Source of the DNA: Clostridiaceae bacterium
GTDB lineage: Bacteria; Bacillota; Clostridia; Oscillospirales; Acutalibacteraceae
Length of the DNA: 64,000 nucleotides
NCBI GenBank assembly: GCA_021769555.1
Contig: JAETSR010000007.1
Location: 32,017 to 96,016, forward strand
Direction of reading: 5' to 3'
Within the stretch, counting starts at the first letter, position 1; each line of letters begins with the position of its first letter. A model generated the notes under the pieces. That model saw nothing but the letters and a program-made list of their open reading frames with translations. It was not told the DNA's origin and did no database searches. The translations under genes were made by a program, and so were the position numbers. Of the stretch, positions 58,158 through 64,000 are shown in pieces.

Positions 58158-58745
58158 TTATTCCTCAATGCGAATAACCGTAGTGCTGCTGCCCTCGTGT
58201 ATCTTGTCGGCAAATCCATTCCCTGCGGCCCACTCCCGCGCTAAATCCTCGTTAGCGAACACCAGCGTCACGACGTAGCTGCCACCGACGACCGTTTCCT
58301 CAGTATCTTCGTCCCACTCGCTGTAATCTTCTTCATCCTCCCATAAATCCTCATTGCTTGCGAGAATGACGGCAATCTCGTCCTCGGAAAAGCCGGATAG
58401 GGTCGCTACCTCGCGGTCATAACCGGAAAGAAGCTCCTCGAGCTTTTCGTAATCCCACTGGCCCTTGATTTTGTTGAGGGCGACATTGAGAAGCTTTTCC
58501 TCCTCCTCTGGGAGGTCTACTATCGAGCAGGGGACAGTCTCATAGCCAAGGCTTTTCAACACCTTGAGCCTTTGGTGCCCGCCGACGACATTGCCGGTTC
58601 TCTTGTTCCAGACTATGGGCTCCACGTTACCGAACTGCACAATGCTGTTGCGCAGCTTTTCCCACTCGGGCATACCCGGTTCCAGGGAGATTCTGGGGTT
58701 GTAAGCAGCCTCGTTAAGCTGCTCCACCTTAATATCTTGTACCAT
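58158..58745 (-). CDS. ParB/Srx N-terminal domain protein (paralog 2)
   Basis: YNPR, EPIVWN, VGGHQR, LNVALNKI. Confidence 0.88.
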   Translation of the reverse strand: MVQDIKVEQLNEAAYNPRISLEPGMPEWEKLRNSIVQFGNVEPIVWNKRTGNVVGGHQRLKVLKSLGYETVPCSIVDLPEEEEKLLNVALNKIKGQWDYEKLEELLSGYDREVATLSGFSEDEIAVILASNEDLWEDEEDYSEWDEDTEETVVGGSYVVTLVFANEDLAREWAAGNGFADKIHEGSSTTVIRIEE

Positions 58746-59382
58746 AGTCAAGTCCCTCCATCCTGATAGTGATATTCCTTGCGGCGCTCCCGTATTCTGC
58801 CTCAACTCCCCGGTCGTGCAGCCACTTTTCTGCAAGCTCCTTAGTGGGGAAGGAGAGGAATATGTTGAACTCCTTGAGGGCCGCAGGCTTTTCGGGTGCC
58901 TCTGCGGGTTCTTCATCGTCTTCATCCGGCGGAGTGTCCTCTGCGGCGCTGCCGTCCTCCTGATTGTTGTCGTCGTCGGCGGGGAGGCCGGTGTCAAAAA
59001 GGTTGTCCAGTTCCTCCGCCGAGAATCCGGTGAATTTTATGTCTTCGGGCTCAAACTCGCTGAACAGAGCCTCGAGTTTCCGGTAGTCCCATTCGCCGTC
59101 TACCTTGTTTAAGGCCACGTTGAGGAGCTTTTCTTGCTCCTCGTCCACCTCGATTAAGACGACCTCAACCTCTGTGACGCCGCTGGCCTTGAGAACATTG
59201 AGGCGCTGGTGGCCGCTCACGAGGTTGCCCGTGGTCTCGTTCACAACAAGAGGTTCCGCGACGCCAAAGCGCTCCATGGAGTTTTTAAGAGCCTCATACT
59301 CTTTATCCCCGGGTTGCAGCGTTACTCTGGGATTGTACGCCGCCGGGCGAATGTCTTTAAGCTTCAAAATGGCTGTTTTCAA
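58729..59382 (-). CDS. ParB/Srx N-terminal domain protein (paralog 1)
   Basis: YNPR, EPLVVN, VSGHQR, LNVALNKV. Confidence 0.88.
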   Translation of the reverse strand: MKTAILKLKDIRPAAYNPRVTLQPGDKEYEALKNSMERFGVAEPLVVNETTGNLVSGHQRLNVLKASGVTEVEVVLIEVDEEQEKLLNVALNKVDGEWDYRKLEALFSEFEPEDIKFTGFSAEELDNLFDTGLPADDDNNQEDGSAAEDTPPDEDDEEPAEAPEKPAALKEFNIFLSFPTKELAEKWLHDRGVEAEYGSAARNITIRMEGLDYGTRY

Positions 59383-59427
59383 TTTTCTCCGCCACCTTTC
59401 TCCTTTTTAGGTCTTATGCTATGTTCA

Positions 59428-60183
59428 CTAAGATTTCCCTAAATGTATTTTCTTGTCTTTCAGCACCATGCGGACTTCATTTGCTTTTCTGCTGTTTGGT
59501 GCCAAAATATCCGGGTACATTCTGCACAGCCTTGCGACCGTTTTCGTGTGCGCCGTTGAGTGCCATGCTTCGAAACAGCCTCCGGCGTTTGTTCTATGTT
59601 TTGCGTTTACGGACAAAAAATTATACCGCAGTATTGGCTTTCCGTTGTTCAAAACCCTTGCACACAGTTCTATGTCCTCTTTTGCCGAGAATGTTTCGTT
59701 GAATGTGAGTATTTGTCCTTTAGGAAAACCAACAGCCGTATTTACTGTTACTTTCGTGCTTATGCTTCTCTGCATGAAAAAGGCGTTGTTTACAGGGTAA
59801 ACTCCCCACAACGGAGCTGCTGCTCGCCTTGCCTGTTCAAAACATTTTCCTATTGTCCTATCAAACGTCTCTTTATCAGATATCGGTTTGATTGTGTCCC
59901 CTTTAAGCTGTCCGATATAGTTTACGTCGTCGTCCAACATGAAAATGTCGTGAACGCCTTTGAAGTGACGCAAGATGTTATTCCTTGCCTTAGCTATCCC
60001 ATCTGCTTTCGCATAAATAACGCCACACTTATCCACGTACCTCTGGTACTTCTCGTAATCCTGCTCCGTCTGGACAAAGATAAAAACCCTGTCTTTTTCA
60101 ACTCCCATATCGGACAGATATTTAAGTGTTCCTTGCGTCTCCGCCCTCTGATATGACGGTATCGCAATTATGAATTTCTCCAT
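59428..60183 (-). CDS. GT-A glycosyltransferase (TAGT/GREB1-like)
   Basis: IAIPSYQR, GIAKARN, MLDDD, EDIEL, TNAGGC. Confidence 0.75.
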   Translation of the reverse strand: MEKFIIAIPSYQRAETQGTLKYLSDMGVEKDRVFIFVQTEQDYEKYQRYVDKCGVIYAKADGIAKARNNILRHFKGVHDIFMLDDDVNYIGQLKGDTIKPISDKETFDRTIGKCFEQARRAAAPLWGVYPVNNAFFMQRSISTKVTVNTAVGFPKGQILTFNETFSAKEDIELCARVLNNGKPILRYNFLSVNAKHRTNAGGCFEAWHSTAHTKTVARLCRMYPDILAPNSRKANEVRMVLKDKKIHLGKS

Positions 60184-60583
60184 TTTCAATTCTCCTCCGC
60201 AGCTCTGTTGAGCTTAACCCGTGCGCCCTCCGGTTGTAAAATATTTCTATCCCAAGCTCTCCGCACGTTGCTTTCCCCGTGAAATCTTTTCCTTTGTAAT
60301 CCTCACCCACAAACCTTATATCTATTGGCAATGACCTCAATGCCAAATCTAAATCCGCCTCGCTTTCAAGCGGAACAACCTCGTCAACCGATCTGTGACA
60401 AACAAGTTGTGTATATCTCTCGAAAAGGGACTGTACAGGTTTGTTTTTCCACGCCCTGTCTTTTGTAGGGTCTGTTATTATTCCGACATAGAGATAATCA
60501 CAATGTCTCTTGCACTCGTCGAGCATTAAGGCGTGTCCGGCGTGCATAAGGTCGCCTACCACTGATGTAAAGCCAATCCTCAT
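60122..60583 (-). CDS. Cytidylyltransferase (TagD-like)
   Basis: GDLMHAGH (HxGH), PVQSLFER, RAHGLSSTELR. Confidence 0.9.
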   Translation of the reverse strand: MRIGFTSVVGDLMHAGHALMLDECKRHCDYLYVGIITDPTKDRAWKNKPVQSLFERYTQLVCHRSVDEVVPLESEADLDLALRSLPIDIRFVGEDYKGKDFTGKATCGELGIEIFYNRRAHGLSSTELRRRIENGEIHNCDTVISEGGDARNT

Positions 60584-61647
60584 ATCTCTGCCTCCAGTTC
60601 TTTTGCCTTTCTCCATATCGTTTTCCTATCCTCGTCCCTCTCAAAATAACCAAGCATACGAATCCAGTGTACAGCCTCCATTGCCTTTGTAATTCCACTC
60701 AAATTGTTTTCAGTCAGTATCTCGGATAACTCCGATAGCCGTGCGTCGTAATTATTTGGCCTCTCTCCTCCGTGTAGAAGCTGCTCTCCTCCGTCGAGTG
60801 AAAATCTCAGTTTTGCGAAGTCGTTCAAAAATGTGCTGTATTCTGTCCGTGCGCTTGGGTCGATAAGATATAATCCATTTTCGGAAAAAATGGTGTTCGA
60901 CAGGGACAGGTCTCCGTGGCTGAACGTGCTGTTTTTTCTAAATACATCTGCATTCTCTTTTAGGTACGCCAAAAGCTTTTCGAAGCAACACTCCCAGCCT
61001 GCAAGCGCAAGCCTCTTTTTTGTAAAAGAAATATACCCGTGTGCGTCGAACGGCGTAGCTGCTCTGTATAGGCTCATTAACATAATTTGTGATACAATTT
61101 GTCCCAATTCCGCCTTGCCAAGTTTCTTTTTGTTGCCTGCTTCGCCGTTTAGGTACTCTAAACTTATCGTATCAAGCACTACTGAAAAGACTTTCGGGGT
61201 CTTTATTCCAATTTCCTGCGCCTTTGCGTACCAGTCCGCCTGCTGCCTTGCGTCTCTGCATTTCTTGATTACACTGTTTCCTGCCCGGTAAACCCCCGAG
61301 CCACTATTGCCTTTAAGCATACCGTATTCACCGCGCAAGAACTCTGCAAGGGAGATTCCTTTGTCGTCCACATAGAGGTCTCCAAGCGGTTTACCAAATA
61401 TCAGCCTGTCATACGGTACATTGTGCTTTTCAAGCCAATCCTCTATCTGCTCCCTGTTTCGTTTCTCTATGAGGGCTAAATCTCCCTTGCATGAATTTTG
61501 CCCTCGTGCGCTGTATATGTAAATCTCGCAGCCGTCCCCTTTGAGTTTTCTTATCTTTTCGACTGTTTCCATAACGGGAACTGCATTTGCAAAATCCCTA
61601 TTGTAATGGACGCTTATCGTGTCGTCTAAATCGAAAACAATCCTCAT
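60580..61647 (-). CDS. Fusion of HAD phosphatase (EcbF/BcbF-like) and APH-type kinase
   Basis: FDLDDT...GKP...YVDDK; GNSGSGV, HGDLSLSN, LIDP. Confidence 0.82.
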   Translation of the reverse strand: MRIVFDLDDTISVHYNRDFANAVPVMETVEKIRKLKGDGCEIYIYSARGQNSCKGDLALIEKRNREQIEDWLEKHNVPYDRLIFGKPLGDLYVDDKGISLAEFLRGEYGMLKGNSGSGVYRAGNSVIKKCRDARQQADWYAKAQEIGIKTPKVFSVVLDTISLEYLNGEAGNKKKLGKAELGQIVSQIMLMSLYRAATPFDAHGYISFTKKRLALAGWECCFEKLLAYLKENADVFRKNSTFSHGDLSLSNTIFSENGLYLIDPSARTEYSTFLNDFAKLRFSLDGGEQLLHGGERPNNYDARLSELSEILTENNLSGITKAMEAVHWIRMLGYFERDEDRKTIWRKAKELEAEI

Positions 61648-61755
61648 GGCAGCCTCCTCCCGTTTCGTTTCGCGTCGGAAATTTTCGTAAAAAAGCACCG
61701 CCCCATGGGGTTCCCCATTGAGCGGCGCATTTACAATCATAAATTTACATTTTAT

Positions 61756-61785
61756 ATTGTATCATAAGGGGCTGTGCTGTGTCAA
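61756..61785 (-). promoter_or_regulatory. Promoter of the modification/packaging operon
   Basis: TTGACA-18bp-TACAAT with TGn before the -10. Confidence 0.65.
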
Positions 61786-61810
61786 TGGCGACTTTTTGAC
61801 ACGTTTTGAA

Positions 61811-62503
61811 TCATAGGTTGTCTATGCCCCAAACCCCGAAAAAGAGGACGGTGAGCTCAGCGGCGCTGGTGTCAATATCCCGGTAGACGGTACGCTTGTC
61901 TATGCCCTCCTGCTGGGCAAGCTCCTCTGCGCTTTGGGGAACGTCTGAAAGGTAAAGGCCGTTGAGTATTCTCCAATGCCGCTGCTCCTCCTCTTTGTCT
62001 GAACTCGTACATTTTAGGCGGTAGCACTCAAGCATTCTTTTAACATGGGTCATAATGATTCTGGTGGTGATGTAGTTTTGCTGTATGCTCTCAACGAATA
62101 TCTCCTCGTCAGTTGGTCTCCCCATGCTACGCATGATGTCCGCAAAGTCCACATCGACCTCCTCTGCCGCCTCGGTGCTGAATACAGCGTTTTGGTAGTA
62201 TTCGTTTAGCCTGCGGTAGTTCCGAATTAGGAGCTTGGTGTTGTGATACTTCCAGTCATACTGAGCCTTGCGGTAGCTTTTACTCTCCCGTTCAATTACC
62301 CTGCGCATAGCTTTTGCCCCATGCTCGGCTCCCGTCCTAGCCCCGATTTCCGCGCCTACCTCAGCGCCGATTTTTACGGCTATGGGAATAGCCAGATTGA
62401 CAGCCGCCTGGATTTTTTCATCTACTCCTTTAACCCCTGCTTCATAGGCGGCCAAAACCGCCGCCTCAATCATTTTCTGGATGTCCAGATTGCTGTTTCC
62501 CAT
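61811..62503 (-). CDS. Putative late transcriptional regulator with C-terminal HTH
   Basis: HNTKLLIRNYR; AEELAQQEGIDKRTVYRDI; position before the packaging genes. Confidence 0.7.
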   Translation of the reverse strand: MGNSNLDIQKMIEAAVLAAYEAGVKGVDEKIQAAVNLAIPIAVKIGAEVGAEIGARTGAEHGAKAMRRVIERESKSYRKAQYDWKYHNTKLLIRNYRRLNEYYQNAVFSTEAAEEVDVDFADIMRSMGRPTDEEIFVESIQQNYITTRIIMTHVKRMLECYRLKCTSSDKEEEQRHWRILNGLYLSDVPQSAEELAQQEGIDKRTVYRDIDTSAAELTVLFFGVWGIDNL

Positions 62504-62535
62504 AGGTGTCCTCTCCTTTGCTGTATAATTTAGCG

Positions 62536-63117
62536 TTAGGGCTCGCTCTTTCCATCTGTACACAATTTTGTTTCTGGGTAGCTCCTCAAATACTGGCCTA
62601 TTCCCCGCAAAAAGTGTAGTACCCCTCCCTCAACCTTGATTTCATACTCTGGAACATCGGAGGGAGTTATGTATTTTCGCCCAAAGTGGTCTTTCATATC
62701 CCGAAAAACTGCCCACGGGATTCTGAAAAAGCGGGTAAACCGGAAGGACACCAGCACATAACAGGCTGCACCTAGCTCCAAATGCCGGTTGAGGCATTTC
62801 TCCTGCTCCACGCTTATTACAGTGCGCAGCAGTCTATCGCCGCCCGTATGCTTGGCCTCAAATACAATGGCCCTCCCGCCTGCAAGGGTTCCTTTGTAGT
62901 CGGGCTGTGCTTGCTTGGTGAAGCAGGCGAGGAATTGGCCCTTTTTGTTCCGGCTGCTCAGTGGCCTCATAGGCTCCGGGGTCTTCTCGATTTCGGCAAT
63001 ACCCTTCTGGCTGTAATAACGGCAGCTTGCCTCGATAACCTCCTCCCAATAATTACCGGCAATTTTACTGCGCCGCCCGGTTACGATTGCCTGGTAATGC
63101 TGGGCCCCGGTTCTCAT
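62536..63117 (-). CDS. recU: Holliday junction resolvase
   Basis: IEKTPEP, PDYKG, FEAKHT, EQEKCL. Confidence 0.88.
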   Translation of the reverse strand: MRTGAQHYQAIVTGRRSKIAGNYWEEVIEASCRYYSQKGIAEIEKTPEPMRPLSSRNKKGQFLACFTKQAQPDYKGTLAGGRAIVFEAKHTGGDRLLRTVISVEQEKCLNRHLELGAACYVLVSFRFTRFFRIPWAVFRDMKDHFGRKYITPSDVPEYEIKVEGGVLHFLRGIGQYLRSYPETKLCTDGKSEP

Positions 63118-63416
63118 AGCAGCCCCATTTCTGAGGCAAATTTCGTGAGCTTGTACACGGTTGCCCCTTTTATGCCCTTGCATTTGCCCTCTGAGAGCGC
63201 CGTGAGGAGCCTTTCAAGGCTTGAGCGGGTGTTTTCCTGACCCGGGTTTTCGGATGGCTCCTGCGGAACTTGATGGCCCTTAGGAGCCATGCTGCTATCG
63301 GCTGCCCGGTGAAACTGCTCGACGAGCTGCTTGTCCGTCATTTTCCGAAGCCGCACAGCCTCCTCGTGAATAGCCTGCTCTGCTGGGGTGCGTCTACAGT
63401 TCTTCTTTCTGCTCAT
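63114..63416 (-). CDS. Phage hypothetical protein
   Basis: MSRKKNCRRTPAEQAIHEEAVRLRKMTD. Confidence 0.7.
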   Translation of the reverse strand: MSRKKNCRRTPAEQAIHEEAVRLRKMTDKQLVEQFHRAADSSMAPKGHQVPQEPSENPGQENTRSSLERLLTALSEGKCKGIKGATVYKLTKFASEMGLL

Positions 63417-63426
63417 GGTATACCTC

Positions 63427-63765
63427 TCATTCTTTGTCATAAATTTTCACGCCGATTTGTTCTCCAAGCCAGTCCAACCCTGCACGTGTCAGGATGTAGC
63501 AGTGGCCCTCTGTGCCGTCAGTAGCGAGCGGCATGGCAATCTCGGTCATGTACCCCGCCTCTACCAGTGGACGGAATGTTGCGCTTTTCCGGCCAGTCGT
63601 GAAGTAATTTCTGTACGGCCTGTAGAACTTTCTCCCATGGCGGGTGTATGGCCGTCTATAGTCCAGGCCGATGGTGTGAAGAACCATCTGTCGGAGGGTA
63701 CAAAAATGGTAGGTTGTGCCGTTGCGCACCTCTGTAATGTATTCCTCTTTCGGCAGTTCAATCAT
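63427..63765 (-). CDS. Phage hypothetical protein
   Basis: 112 aa; MVLHTIGLD...YRPYRNYF. Confidence 0.7.
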   Translation of the reverse strand: MIELPKEEYITEVRNGTTYHFCTLRQMVLHTIGLDYRRPYTRHGRKFYRPYRNYFTTGRKSATFRPLVEAGYMTEIAMPLATDGTEGHCYILTRAGLDWLGEQIGVKIYDKE

Positions 63766-63767
63766 AA

Positions 63768-64000
63768 TCAGTCCTCCATTCCTGCGGTTAGCTCAAGAAT
63801 ATCCCTTACGGCCCGAAGCTGATGGAGCGTGTAGCGGTCGATTTTCTCCCAGCCCGTCGCTGTCCGTACCCACGTTTTCAGCTCCTCCCGCTCGCAGTAT
63901 TCATCCACCGCCTCTTTCGATGGGAACAAGAACTTGGGCGCTCCATATTCTGTGTGCTCGACGAGGTAGGGCCTGCTGGTGGAAGTCTCCTCGAACTGTC
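63768..64000 (-). CDS. Phage hypothetical protein (5' end outside the window)
   Basis: Open frame ...EHTEYGAPKFLFPSKEAVDEY...TAGMED*. Confidence 0.6.
   Translation of the reverse strand, partial: QFEETSTSRPYLVEHTEYGAPKFLFPSKEAVDEYCEREELKTWVRTATGWEKIDRYTLHQLRAVRDILELTAGMED

Larger units (their letters stand above)
20531..64000 (-). mobile_element. PBSX/Xkd-like contractile-tailed prophage, other end outside the window
   Basis: Terminase, portal, MuF, capsid, sheath, tube, tape measure, baseplate, holin and endolysin, all on the minus strand; boundary at the cotJC break. Confidence 0.95.

Noticed and set aside
22-63822. Many overlapping opposite-strand ORFs in the supplied track, and over-extended starts (for example 2128-2874, 22696-23991, 49561-50748)
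   Set aside because: Shadow ORFs of GC-rich genes with no SD or motifs; starts were reassigned by SD and overlap
1-64000. CRISPR arrays, tRNA/rRNA genes, IS elements, integrase
   Set aside because: None recognised by eye; the integrase is probably beyond the right edge

Overview
High-GC, Clostridia-like Firmicute chromosome (lineage inferred from gene content only). 1-20.5 kb is host DNA: a DRTGG/anti-sigma/Fe-S/PHP hydrogenase-associated regulatory cluster, serC and serA with a hidden type I toxin-antitoxin locus between them, a BceRS/BceAB-type module, a TPP riboswitch with thiT, and an ADP-ribosylglycohydrolase. At about 20.53 kb the spore-coat Mn-catalase gene cotJC is cut by a PBSX/Xkd-like contractile-tailed prophage, all on the minus strand, running past 64 kb (no integrase seen in the window). 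The prophage carries: (i) a complete diversity-generating retroelement (avd-TR-RT) whose 128-bp VR lies inside, not at the end of, an Fn3-containing tail protein; (ii) a kinase/phosphatase, nucleotidyltransferase, glycosyltransferase, 2x ParB, radical SAM operon in front of the terminase, a candidate DNA-hypermodification system; (iii) a tape-measure gene broken by one in-frame amber codon; (iv) a moron behind a poly-G13 promoter spacer, one gene of which carries a copy of the MuF C-terminal tail; (v) a CBM-like insertion in the major capsid protein; (vi) an accessory small-gene region with a type II hammerhead-like RNA and a duplicated 31-bp leader. All family assignments come from motif recognition by eye, not database searches.
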